From positions 71,736,001 through 71,800,000 of the forward strand of contig OZ076409.1 of NCBI GenBank assembly GCA_964187785.1: a stretch of 64,000 nucleotides of DNA, written 5' to 3'. This document shows, piece by piece, positions 51,458 through 64,000 of the stretch; position 1 is the first letter of the stretch, and the number at the start of each line of letters is the position of its first letter. This DNA is from Amphiscolops sp. MND2022 (Eukaryota). A program made the translations under genes and the position numbers. Under the pieces are notes generated by a model. It did not search any database, was not told the origin of the DNA, and saw only the letters and a program-made list of their open reading frames with translations.

Positions 51458-53449
51458 GTGGGCGGTAGGTTTCCCGTAGTCAAAAAAAAATTGCAGGCCG
51501 GGGTAGGGGCCCTGGCCGAGGCAAAATACCATAGAAAAGGTACCAAATTATGTGAGTTTAGAAAATTGAGCCATACAAATTCTCTGAAAATTGCTGTGTG
51601 TACCCTATCGCCCAATCTAAGAACTTTTTCCTGCTGACGTTTTGCTCTCCAAATGTTACTAATATGACTTTTTGAAAAATTTATCTCTGGTTTTTCATCA
51701 AAAATAGTGATTTTGGCAATTTTTGTGAAATATCTCTGATTGCATTAATTTTTGGACGTTGACTGTGAAACAAGGTCGGAACCATCATTTCGTGACCATG
51801 GCAATGCACTAAACACAAAAGATGTAGAGTTTTTAAATTTTTTGAAAATTTGACATTTTTAAATTTTTTTCACTACTATCAGTACCATATATGTCAAAAT
51901 AACCTCAGAAATTTTTTTTATTTTATTTAATTTAGAATCCTTGCTATCCATGGTTTCTGTTAGTATCTACTCGCTGCCAGAGACTCAACAGTTAGCATCG
52001 AATCTGAAATTAAAAATTTTTTCGAGGTCATAGGTGTTTCACAAGGATTTCACAACATAGTCTTGTTTTACAAATAGGTCATTTACAACATCATATTTTC
52101 ATCGAGGCATGTCGGATATAGTCTTATTGCTCACGAACGGTCCTACTGGCAACGTAATAACCATTTATAGAAATATAAAGTTTTAAAAAAATCTTTTCAC
52201 CCGTTCTTCAGACATTTTTCAGACATTCGGAACTTAACTTAGAAAAATTTCGTCTCAAAAACCCATTTTTCGTCAGGTCGAAAATTGAAATTCAGCTTTT
52301 GAAGCACAAATATGCACTCTGACGTAACCAGTAGGGCCAATGATACTCAACAACACCATTGAGACTGGTATCAGTCGCTCCAAAAACATATGAGCCGTGA
52401 TAAGACGTTTTTTCAACAATACTGTTCAATTGATGTAAACATCGCGGAAGCCTTGGATTACAGTGAAAGTTGATTTGAACAAAAATTTACTCTTTTTTGT
52501 CAATCAATATGTAGACAGAATGCGTAGGGTAAGTTTCAGCACTAATATGAAGATTTTGAAGGAATCGGGTTGCTCAAGGCGTGGTATGAGACACTTTTTT
52601 CTCATATACTAGTGTTTTTCAAAACCTTTTCGTTAAATATCTCGAAAAGCAAACATTAAAAAATACTTTCTGATATATAATTTAATTCCTAGAATATAAA
52701 TGAATCATGTGGTTGATCAGAAACTCTCTACTTTAATGTTTCAAGAAAAAAATCCCTTCCCATGTTTTATATCTGTAGCAGTAAAAAAAGTAGACGCTAA
52801 AAAATACGCAATTTTGCTAAGATTGAATTGCAATTGTTTAGCTTTAAAACTCTTTTAATACTTCTAACGCCACCTTAAGGACTCAAGATGATTGAAAATG
52901 TCAATCACAATGCTGACATGTAGTCTTTCTACGATCCTGGTTGGACAGATTTTGATTATTTTTCAAGTACCTGTTAACTGAATCTCGTGATAGCCTTCTA
53001 AGTTGACCTTCTGCGTCAACTTGAGAAGGCTATCACTAAAATAAACTAAATTCTGATTTGTTTGTTTGTTCCTAACGTCTTTTGGTACGATCGTCTTACG
53101 GTTAGTTGGTTAAACCAGGTCGCTTATACTTCCACAATTTTCGACCACCGTCCGTGTATTTGGTTCACACGACTTTACATTTTCAGTCGTTTGTTTTCGA
53201 TAACTATCACAATGTACTGCCATTAGCGCAAAATTCATACTAGTACTTGGTTGGTTGAAATACTTAAACAACTGTTTCCATAGTTATTCGCGGTGATGGT
53301 ACAATCCGCGCGCCTACATACCTACGGCGTCTTGTCACTACAACGCCACATAGGGAAACAACGCCCATAGTCCGTAGGCATGCCGAGGCATGCCTTTCGA
53401 CGACGCGCGCCAAATCTATGCGCGCCCGCACTTGTGCGGTAGCTGCTAG
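51458..53449 (+). repeat. Unit U21, divergent family A'' (1992 bp; unique head, unique 3' segment, D-like tail)
   Basis: Diverged A body. Hairpin alpha variant at 52987-53036. Tail CGCGCGCCAAA...GCGCGCCCGCACTT is as in family D. Confidence 0.92.
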
Positions 53450-56400
53450 GTGGGCGGGGGTAATTCCCCAACTAAAAAATCGGCCGGCGGGTAGGGTCCT
53501 GCCGGCCGTCCAAAATCAAAAATATACTAGTAGAAAACGGCCGGTCAAACGAGCTATTTTTTTATTTAACCGTTAGAATTTGGGTTTAGATTGCATGCGG
53601 CCATGAAATGGCCATACGAATCGAAGTTCCTGCTGACGTTTTGCGATTGAAACACTTTATAAAAAGTTATGGCCAATTTGTCAGTCACCTAGAAGGGCAA
53701 AATGAGGAAAATTTTAACAAAGTCGCTAATAACTCAAAATGTGTTATTTTTTGGACTTTGACTGTGAAACAAGCTTGGAACCTTCATTTCGTGGCTGTGG
53801 CATTGCACTGAACCCAAAAGATGTAAAGTTTTTACATTTTTTGAAAATTTGACATTTTTGAAATTTTTTTCACTACTATCAGTACCATATATGTCAAAAA
53901 CACCTCAGAAAAAAAATTTTATTTGCTTTAACTTGGAAACCTTGGTATCCATGGTTTCTGTCGGAACCTACTCGCAACCAAACAACCAACAGTTTGCATC
54001 CAATGTGAAAATAAAAAATTTTTCTGGGTCATAAGCGTTTCACAAGGATTTCTCAACTTAGTATTAATTTACAAAATGGTCATTTTGAACACAATATTTT
54101 CATCGAGGCTTGTCGGCTATAGCCTTAATGTTCTAGAACGGTCCCACTGGCAACGTAGGAACCATTTATAGTAATAGAAAGTTTAAAAAAAATATTTTCA
54201 CCCTGTCTTCAGTCATTTTTCAGTCATTCGGAACTTAACTTAGAAAAATTTCGACCAAAATACCCATTTTTTGACAGATCGAAAATTCAAATTCAACTTT
54301 TTAAGCAAAATTAGTAACTCTGACGTAACCAGTGGGGCTCATGATACTCAAAAACACGATTGGGACTGGTACCAATGGCTCCAATATCATATGAGCCGCG
54401 ATAAGACGTTATTTTGAGCAATACGTCTCAATTGAGGGAAACATCTCGCAAGCCTGGGTTCACAGTTAAAAGTGATTTCGTCAAAAATTTACTCTTTTTC
54501 GTCAATCACTATGTACACAGAGTGCGTAGGGTGAGTTTCAGCACTATAATGCGGTTTTTGAAGGAATCGGTCTGCTCAAGGGGTGGTATGAGACATTTTT
54601 TTTGCATGTAGTACTATATTTCTCAAAACTTTTAGCCCAATATCTCGAAAAGCTCACTTCGCAAATTACTTTCAGTTACTCTATTCGAAGCTTAGAATTT
54701 ATATGAACACTGTGGTTGATCAGAAACTCTTGACTATTTTGTTTTTGGAAAAAAACTGCCTTGCATGTGTTACATTAGTGGCAGGAAAAATACCAGTAGC
54801 TCCAAAAATCACAATTTTGGACGGACAGACCTGCAATGATGCAAAGCAAAAACGTTTCAACAACTTCTGGCGCCACTTTTTTTACCCAAGAGGTTCGAAA
54901 TTACTATTAACAATGCTGACATTCGCTATAAATAAGATCGAGGTCAATTTACTAACACTTAGGTTATACATTTATATCTGAGAAACCATTCTTTGTCAGG
55001 TCGCAATTTTAAATTTAGTTTGGGAAGCAATACTTTTCACTCTGAAGCAAACCGTTGGGCCCAAATTACTCAAAAACTACAAAAAGACTGTCACCATATG
55101 CCCTAATAGCATATGAGATTCGACCGTATGTTTTTAACACAAAAACTCTCATCCGAAGTAAACATGTTGAAAGCCTTGAATCACCGTGAGAAATGATTTC
55201 ATCAAAAAATATTCCTTTTTCGTCAATCTTTATCTACACAGAACACGTTGTGTCATTTTCAGCCGTGAAATGAGCTTCTACCGTAATATGGGTTGCTCAA
55301 GGTGTTGTATAAGACAAAAACTTCCTCTTTTCTACTATCTTCTTCAAATATTTCAACCCTTTGTCACAAGAAGTTAATATTCAAAATCTCTTTGAAATGT
55401 TTCTTTAGGTTGGGGTGAAGTGTTAGAACAATAATTATGATCGAAGAATGATAGTATTGGTGTTTGGACCATGTCCGGATGAACAAATTGCAAAATCATG
55501 AAAAATTTCTTACCATTTTTGGTCATTTTGTCAGTACTAAAAATGTTAGCTGAAAAAGAATTTTTTGATGGCACCATTGGATTCCTCTCAAAAAGTTAGC
55601 TATATGAACTGTGTAATAACCCCGTATCTTTTCAATTTAAATAATTTTAAAAAGCAAACTTTTTTGACTAAAATCCTAAAAATCATACCATTTCCTAAAA
55701 AATTTCAAATGCCCCCCATTTGACGTATAAGAATAGCACAGAAAACTATCACATACCGATCGACTCTACTTCCATTGTAGATTACCAGAATTTTGTTTAG
55801 AACAATTTTTGACGGATGCAAAAAAAATTTAAACCCTCCAAAAAAGGGCCAAAATTACACGAAAAAATTGACCTTAAAATTTTAAAATGTCGAAAAATCA
55901 TCAAAACCACAGCTTCTTGGGGTTCTATCAACTACACGTGGTCCACAGAGTATGTTAAAACAAGTTTTACCCGTATTTGAGCAATATGTGAAAAAGCCGA
56001 CTTTTTTGGGAATGAAAAACATACCATTTCCTAAAAAATTTCAAACGCACCCCATTTGACGTATAAGAATAGCACAGAAAACTATCACATACCGATCGAC
56101 TCTACTTCCATTGTAGGTTACCAGAATCTTGTTTAGAACAATTGTTGACGGATGCAAAAAAAAATTAAACCCTCCAAAAATGGGCCAAAATTACACGAAA
56201 AAATTGACCTTAAAATTTTAAAATGTCAAAAAATCATCAAAACCACAGCTTCTTGGGGTTCTATCAACTCCACGTGGTCCACAGAGTATGCTAAAACAGG
56301 TTTTACATGTTTCTGAGCTATATGTGAAAAAACCGACATTTTGGGGAAGAAAAACATACCATTTCTTAAAAAATTTCAAATGCACGCCATTTGCCGTATG

Positions 56401-58211
56401 AGAATAGCACAGAAAACTATCACATACCGATCAACTCTACTTCTATTGTAGATTATCAGATTTTTGTTTAGAACAAATTTTTATGGATATAAAAAATTTT
56501 TAAACCCTCCAAAAATGAGCCAAAATAACACGAAAAAATGGACCCTAAATTTTTAAAATGTCAAAAAATTATCCAAACCACAGCTTCTTGGGGTTCTATC
56601 AGCTCCACGTGGTCCACAGAGTATGCTAAAACAGGTTTTGCCCGTTTTTGAGCAGTATATGAAAAAGCCGACATTTTTGGGGAAGAAAAACATACCATTT
56701 CCTAAATAATTTCAAATGCAGGCAATTTGCCATATGAGAGTAGCACAGAAAACTATCACACACCGATCAACTCTACTTCTTTTGTAGATTATCAGAATTA
56801 TGTTTAGAGTAAAGTTTTATGGATATGAAAAATTTTTATACCCTCCAAAAATGGGCCAAAATGACACGAAAAAATTGACCTCAAATTTTTAAAATGTCAA
56901 AAAATTATCCAAACCACAGCGTCTTGGCGTTCTATCAACTCCAAATGACCTTCAGAGTATACCAAACCAGGTATTGCCAATCTTTTGAGCAATATTTAAA
57001 AACACCGACTATTTGGCAAGAACACCATAATATGTTCCATATAAGAAGTGAATCATTCCACATATATACCCGGTCTAATATTTCCAAATTAGCGATAACA
57101 TTTATACATGATGGTTTTTGAAAGTGAGCTTCATAAGAGGTTGAGATGTAATAATACGTAAATGGACCCTAAGTTTCATTGAAATCTCAATGGAATACGT
57201 CCAATCAACTTCAATCCTAACTATTATATAACAAAAAACACTTGAGTACATTCCATCTCCCCATCGGGGGAGATGAGAATGTACTTTTCAAAAGCCAAAA
57301 ACTTCGAATTTTAAATCTTTTGTAACATTGTATGTAACTGTTGAAACGATGAACGAATGAAAATGCTTCTAGTACCTTCATCAATTTTTGCTTCAGCTCC
57401 TATTTCTGCAGAACAAAACCAAAAGACACACTTACAGCAGTTAAGTTCGATTGTATAACTCAGTGAGTAAAGGTATGACTGAGGAAGTTCACAAGTTGTT
57501 TCAAAAGTTTCCGGCCTTCCAAAATCATGAAACGTCCACACAACCAAGATAGCAAGTGAAAGAATGCTGAATGCACCTTATTAGATGAGATAAATAATGT
57601 GTGGAACTTGCCATTATCTCAAGATGACGTTGATTTATGATCTTTTAAGGATAGTTCGATATGTGACCACAATAGTGGAAAACTTATTACTATTTGAAGA
57701 ACACCGTGGAAAGCGTTCAGAAAGGACAGTATATTTGTTTCGAGCATGCATGCGTGTGTTCCTTTGGTGACGTTAGCTTAGTGTACATGACGGAGGTATT
57801 CGAGAGATTATGATAGAGTTTACTCACAAGTCTTTGTTTTTTTAAACTTTCTATGCCGTTGAGTACATTCGTAAGGTACATCCATCCCCTTCTCTGGGAA
57901 TGTACGTTTGCCAAATGACTGTCATCCAAAATTCGTAATCCGGACGAGTTTAACTACATAAACATGTGATGAGCGTTTTCAATTCACAACCGAATAACAT
58001 TTTTTTTCTCGAAAATGATGATGGTTTTGATTTTGATGTCTTCTACTTTTATCATCATGCAAACGACCTTACCATGTCTCTCTTCTGTCGTCATTTGTAC
58101 AACGCCACATAGCGTTCCGACGCCCACCGTCTGTGGGCATGCCGAGGCATGCCCTTCGACGACGTATGCCAAATGAGCCATACCCGCACTCTGGAGTGCG
58201 GTAGCGGCTAG
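53450..58211 (+). repeat. Unit U22, family B (4762 bp; tail T4)
   Basis: Nearly identical to U18. 336-bp array at about 55650-57030; hairpin beta at 57246-57284. Confidence 0.95.
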
Positions 58212-60197
58212 GTGGGCGGGGGTAATTCCCCAACAAAAATTACGGCCGGCGGGTTGGGTCCTGCCGGACGTTCAAATAGCGCGAAGCATCTAGTAGAAAA
58301 CAAGGAGTCCTGAAACAGCGATTTTAAAATTGAACCGTTAGAATTTGGTTTTAGATTGCATGCGGCCCTAAAATCCCCATACGAATGGAAGTTCCTGCTG
58401 GCGTTAAGCGATTGAAATAATATATAAAAAGTTATGGCCCATTTTTGGGTCACCGAGAAGGTCAAAATGAAGAAAATTTTAACTAAGTTGCTGATAACTC
58501 AAAATGTGTTAATTTTTGGACTTTGACTGTGAAACAAGCTTGGAACCTTCATTTCGTGGCTGTGGCATTGCACTGAACACAAAAGATGTAAAGTTTTCAC
58601 ATTTTTTGAAAATTCGACATTTTTGAATTTTTTTTCACTACTATCAGTACACTATATGTCAAAAACACCTCTGAAAAATTTTTTATTTGCTTAAATTTAG
58701 AAACCTCGGTATCCATGGTTTCCGTCAGTACCTACTCGCTGCCAAACACTCAACAGTTTGCATCCAATGTGAAAATAAATTTTTTTTCGAGGTCTTAGGT
58801 GTTTCACAAGGATTTCTCAACTTAGAATCAATTTACAAATTGGTCATTTTGAACACATTATTTTCATCGAAGCGTGTCATATACCGCCCTAATGCTCACG
58901 AACGGGCCTACTGGCAACGTTGGAACCATTTATAGTAATAAAAAGTTTTAAAAAAATTTTTCACCCCGTCTTCAGTCATTTTACACACTTTCGGAACTTA
59001 ACTTAGAAAAATTTCAACCAAAAACCCATTTTTTGTCAAGTCGAAAATTCAAATACAGCTTTTTAAGCAAAATAAATAAATCTGACATAACCAGTGGGGC
59101 CCATGAAACTCAAAACCACGATTGAGACTGGTATCAATGGCTCCAATAACATATGAGTCGCGATAAGACGCTATTTTGAGCAAAACATCTCAATTGAGGT
59201 AAAGATCTCGCAAGCCAGCGATCACTGTGAAATGTGATTTCATCAAAAATTTACTCTTTTTTGTCAATCACTATGTGCACAGAATGCGTAGGGTGCGTTT
59301 CAGCACTATAATGAGGTTTTTGAAGGCATCGAGTTGCTCAAGGGGTGGTATGAGACATTTTTGTCGCATATACTACTGTATTTTCCAAAAATTTTAGATC
59401 AATATCTGGAAATACAAACTTGACAAAATACTTTCAACTACTTTATTCAAAGGTTACAATATAGATGAACACTGTGGTTGATCAGAAACTTTCATCTCTT
59501 TCGTTTTCCGAAATATTTTCCTTCGCATATGTTACATTCGTAGCAGAAAAAAAAATCGAAACTGAAAAATACGCTATTTTGCTAATATAGAATCGCAATG
59601 ATTGTACCTAAAAACTCTTTAAACACTTCTAACGCAACCTTACGCACCCAAAATGATCAAAAATGCTATTCAAAATGGTGACATGTGCTCTTTCTACGAT
59701 CCTGGCTGGACAAGGTTTGCATATTTTTCAAGTACCTGTCAGCTAAATCTTGTGATAGCCTTTTCAGTTGGCCTTGTGTCAACTTGGGAAGGCTATCACA
59801 TCAAAAAACCATCAACAAAAATAATTTTTGTTTATTGGATCTTACAGTCGATACTTTGTTTCGTGATTCTATACTACCGTTAGTATATTTCATCAGGTCA
59901 CCTTACGATTGCATTCAGTCTTTGATAAAAACCTATGAACTCAAAGTCACATTTATTTATTTTTTGCCAGAAAATAACATCAAAAATATCTAAAATATAT
60001 AAAATAGAGTCTTTAACATTTTTACGTTTCAAGTTTTTGCCGTTATTAGGCCAATCAACGTCCTAGAGCCACATCCTGCCACATACTGTACAACGCCACA
60101 TAGTGTTGCGACGTGCACAGTCTGTGGGCATGCCGAGGCCTGCCCTTCGACGACGTATGCCGAATACCGCGGGCCTACGCCCGCGCTCCCCGGCTAG
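58212..60197 (+). repeat. Unit U23, family A (1986 bp; H4, T1)
   Basis: Closely similar to U10. Confidence 0.95.
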
Positions 60198-62183
60198 GTG
60201 GGCGGGGGTAATTCCCCTTCAAAAAATTCGGCCGGCGGGTTGGGTCCTGCCGGACGTCAAATAGTGTGAAACATCCAGTAGGAAACGGCGACATAAATCA
60301 GCGATTTTAAAATTTAACCGTTAGAATTCAGACTTGGAGTGCATGCGGCCCCAAAATGCCCATACGAATCGAAGTTCCTGCTGACGTTAAGCGATAAAAA
60401 CATTTTATAAAAAGTTATGGCCCATTTTACGTTCACCTATAAGGGTAAAATGAGGAAAATTTTTACAAAGTCGCTGATAACTCAAAATACATTAATTTTT
60501 GGACTTTGACTGTGAAACAAGCTTAGAACCTTCATTTCGTGGCTGTAGCATTGCAGTGAACACAAAAGATGTAAAGTTTTTACATTTTTTGAAAATTCGA
60601 CATTTTTGATTTTTTTTTCACTACTATCAGTACACTATATGTCAAAAACACCTCTGAAAAAAAATATTATTTGCTTAAAATTGGAAACCTTGGTATCCAT
60701 GGTTTCTGTCGGAACCTACTCGCTGCCAAACACCCAACAGTTTGCATCCAATGTGAAATTAAAATTTTTTTTGAGGTCTTAGGTGTTTCACAAGGATTTC
60801 TCAACTTAGTTTCAATTTACAAATTGGTCATATTGAACACAATATTTTCATCGAAGCTTGTCAGATACCGCCCTAATGCTCACTAATGGGCCTACTCGCA
60901 ACGTTGGAACCGTTTATAGTAATAGAAAGATTAAAAAAATATTTTCACCCGGTCTTCAGTCATTTTTCAGTCATTCGGAACTTAACTTAGAAAAATTTCG
61001 ACCAAAATACCCATTTTTTGTCAGGTCGAAAAATCAAATTCAGATTTTTAAGCAAAATTATTTACTCTGACGTAACTAGTGGGCCCCATGATACTCAAAA
61101 ACACGATTGGGACCGGTACCAATGGCTCCAATTTCATATGAGCCGCGATAAGACGTTATTTTGAGCAACACGTCTCAATAGAGGTAAACTTCTCGCAAGC
61201 CTGGGGTCACAGTGAAAAGTAATTTCATCAAGAATTTACTCATTTTTGTCAATCACTATGTGCACAGAGTGCGTAGGGTGCGTTTCAGCACTTTAATGAG
61301 GTTTTTGAAGGCATCGGTCTGCTCAAGGGGTGGTATGAGACATTTTTTTCCTGTATACTACTGTATTTTCCAAAACTTTTAGCCAATTATCTGGAAAAAC
61401 TAACTTGACAAAATACTTTCAATTACTTTATTCAAAGGTTACAATATAGATGAACCCTGTGGTTGATCAGAAATTCTCAACTACTTTGTTTTCCGGAAAA
61501 AATCACTTCGCATCTGTTACATTTGTAGCATGAAAAAAAGCAGAATCTAAAAAATACGCAATTTTGTTAAGATAGAATCGCGTTGATTGTGCCTAAAAAG
61601 TTAATAAACACGTCTTACGCCACCATACAGACCCAAAATGATTGAACATGTCAATCAGAATGCTGACATGTTTTCTATCTACGATCAAGGTTGGACAATT
61701 TTTGCATTATTTTCAAGTACCTGTTAACTGAATCTTGTGATAGCCTTTTAAGTTGGCCTTGTGTCAACTTTGGAAGGCTATCACATCAAAAAATTATCAA
61801 CAAAAATGCTTTTTGTTTATACAATGTTGTTTTCGATAAACATTTTTGCGATTCTAAGCTACCGTTAGTACCTTCCATGAGGTCAGCTAACGATAGCATG
61901 CAGTCTCTGATAAAAAATTATGAACTCAATTACATTTTTCTAAAATTTTTCTCAGAGAAAAGTACAAATAAATAAAAACAATATAAAATTCTAATCTCAA
62001 ACAACTATAAATTGTTTGTTTTTCACCGTAATTAGTTTACGACCCATCACCCTATGTCACGGCACCGTCATTAGTACAACGCCACATAGTGTTGCGACGT
62101 GCACAGTCTGTGGGCATGCCGAGGCATGCCCTTCGACGACGTATGCCGAATACCGCGGGCCTACGCCCGCGCTCCCCGGCTAG
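60198..62183 (+). repeat. Unit U24, family A (1986 bp; H2, T1)
   Basis: Closely similar to U12. Confidence 0.95.
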
Positions 62184-63459
62184 GTGGTCGTTAGCATGGG
62201 ATTTTCTTTATGAGCGTAGTCCACTTTTTTTAGGCCGGGGTAGGGTCCCGGGCCGTTACCAATTTCTTACGGAGGAAAAATGTGAAAATCTGCGAGTTTA
62301 AAAAATTGGCCCGTACGATTTGGCTGAAAATTGGCATACAGCATCGTCTTGGGAAACAAATGACTTTGTCCTAGTGTCATTTTGCCCAGAAAATTCAAAA
62401 AGTTGGTCAAATTGAAAATTTTTTGACCGTCTAAGGCAAAAATTTGACATTTTCGCTTTTTTTGGCCAATTTTCTCAGAATTGGTTGATTTTAGTGCAGT
62501 GAGTCATAAGAGGTTACAAGGTCTGCAAGTAGCCATCAATCGGCTTGCATAATCAGATTTTGTCAAAAGTGTTTAGTTTTTTCAAAAATTCACACTTTTT
62601 TTTATTTCAGTGTTTTTTGATACTTTTTATTGAATTTTTTCTAAGTTTCACTAAATTTTTTAAAAATGTTTTAAAACACTTTTTTGCACGTTTTTGATGT
62701 TTTTCGCTCTCCCATATAGGTTTTCGCATACGGGGAAACTGAATCTGGCAACTAAATAACTTTATTCTGCAGTTCAACTTTCGCCATTTTTAATTGTTGA
62801 AAAATCACTCATTTTCAACCTAACGAGTGAAAATATCAGAATTTAAAAACATAAAGTTGAGTTTAAGGAGACTTACAGGTGGAAACAAATGCTCAGAAAC
62901 AAATAGATTTCTTGTATTAGCCAAAGAAAGCCTTTAAAATTCTTTTTACTTTCTTTAAATCAAATTTCAACTATTTTTAAGAAATTTGGCAGTGAAAAAA
63001 TTTATAATTTTTAAATTAAAAAAAACTTGCTTTGTTGGTCATTTCCGTTTGTCATTATTAGCTGTGCAATTCACCAACACGTTTCAAGTTATTTTGACCC
63101 AATTTGAAAATTTTTAATACTGCATAATCTATCCGAGAGAACGAAACAGTTGTGTACATTCCATCTCCCTCCTGGGGGAGATGAGAATGTACTTGCCAAA
63201 GTCCAGGTACTACAGACCATATTTGTTTTTATGCGACACCGTCTATACTAATGCACATGAATACAAATTGTTTGTCTAAATTTTACTTCTGACTTGCCGT
63301 ATGCTGTACGTTTGGTACTGACAATACCCATCATATACATAACAAGCGTCAACGCCACATACCCTTACCAACGCCCATAGTCCGTAGGCATGCCGAGGCA
63401 TGCCTTTCGACGACGCGCGCCAAACACAAGCGCGCCCGCACTTTTGCGGTAGCAGCTAG
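62184..63459 (+). repeat. Unit U25, family D (1276 bp)
   Basis: Homologous to U9; hairpin beta at 63154-63192. Confidence 0.93.
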
Positions 63460-64000
63460 GTGGGCGGGGGTAATTCCCCAACAAAAATTACGGCCGGCGG
63501 GTTGGGTCCTGCCGGACGTCAAATAGCAAAGAATATCTAGTAGGAAACGGCGACACAGAATCGCGATTTTTAAATCTAACCACAATTTTTTGGACTTGGA
63601 GTGCATGCGGCCCTGAAATGCCCATACGAATCGAAGTTCCTGCTGACGTTAAGCGATTGAAATAATATATAAAAAGTTATGGCCCATTTTTCACTCACAA
63701 AGAAGGGTAAAATGAGGAAATTTTTAACAAAGTCGCTGATAACTCAAAATGTGTTAATTTTTGGACTTTGACTGTGAAACAAGCTCGGAACCTTCATTTC
63801 GTGGCTGTGGCATTGCACTGAACACAAAAGATGTAAAGTTTTTACATTTTTTGAAAATTCGAAATTTTTGAAATTTTTTTCACTACTATCAGGACCCCAT
63901 ATGTCAAAAACGCCTCAGAAAAAATTTTTTATTTGCTTTAAATTGGAAACCTTGGTATCCATGGTTTCTGTCGGATCCTACTCGCAGTCAAACACCCAAC
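63460..64000 (+). repeat. Unit U26, family A (partial, 5' part; head H1)
   Basis: Matches 556 to about 1096. Confidence 0.95.

Larger units (their letters stand above)
556..63459 (+). mobile_element. Putative non-autonomous rolling-circle (Helitron-like) or recombinase-mobilised elements in a tandem cassette array
   Basis: Units end in a GC-rich hairpin, usually followed by 6-8 nt and then CTAG, as Helitron 3' ends do. Families with unrelated interiors share termini, and the order is shuffled. The 5' end is GTG rather than the canonical TC and no transposase is present, so the class is uncertain. Confidence 0.55.
1..64000 (+). repeat. Heterogeneous head-to-tail array of 25 complete and 2 partial non-coding units (families A-E) joined at GCTAG|GTG
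   Basis: The CTAG of the junction ends at 555, 2539, 4520, 9280, 11272, 13255, 15240, 17223, 20016, 21294, 23283, 28043, 30029, 32001, 33987, 35979, 37951, 39959, 44721, 46708, 51457, 53449, 58211, 60197, 62183 and 63459. Each is preceded by the GGCATGCCGAGGCATGCC palindrome and followed by GTG. Confidence 0.97.

Noticed and set aside
43..63606. ORFs of 60-212 aa in the supplied track, including 46197-46835
   Set aside because: They recur only because the DNA is repeated. Stops and frameshifts differ between copies, composition is F/K/I/N-rich as expected from A/T tracts, some cross the unit junction, and I recognise no Rep, helicase, recombinase, RT or transposase motif.
1..64000. Ordinary satellite or higher-order repeat, LTR or TIR elements, or a bacterial integron
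   Set aside because: The order is aperiodic with unrelated unit interiors. There are no LTR pairs, TIRs or TSDs, and no intI, cassette ORFs or GTTRRRY/RYYYAAC attC boxes at the junctions.
1..64000. Assembly artefact as the cause of the array
   Set aside because: Copies carry distinct, family-structured substitutions and compensatory changes that mis-assembly would not create. The exact order still needs read-level confirmation.

Overview
The whole 64-kb window is non-coding, AT-rich DNA made of head-to-tail units, all on the same strand. It is probably from an invertebrate or other eukaryote; this is inferred only from the absence of genes, the A-tracts and the lack of obvious CpG loss. I count 26 junctions, each with the invariant octamer GCTAG|GTG, delimiting 25 complete units and 2 partial ones. 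The units fall into at least 5 families: A (about 1.98-2.01 kb, x15), B (about 4.75-4.76 kb, x5), C (2793 bp, x1), D (about 1.28 kb, x2) and E (1972 bp, x2). Their order is aperiodic: (A) A A B A A A A C D A B A E A A E A' B A B A'' B A A D (A). A and B share their 5' part, and C and E are related; otherwise the interiors are unrelated. All families share a structured junction of about 170 nt. It consists of CAACGCC direct repeats, a 20-bp RGGCATGCCGAGGCATGCCY palindrome that also matches a p53-family response element, a GC-rich hairpin just before a terminal CTAG (Helitron-like 3' end), and a GTG start followed by a hairpin with a conserved GGGTAGGGTCC-type apex. Each unit also carries one of two bulged subterminal hairpins. 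Near-identical units occur with different neighbours, and their homology breaks at the GCTAG|GTG junction. This points to a cassette-like array of non-autonomous elements added or shuffled one unit at a time by a trans-acting enzyme (rolling-circle/HUH or a site-specific recombinase) not encoded here. That mechanism is inference. No credible protein, rRNA, tRNA or CRISPR feature was found.
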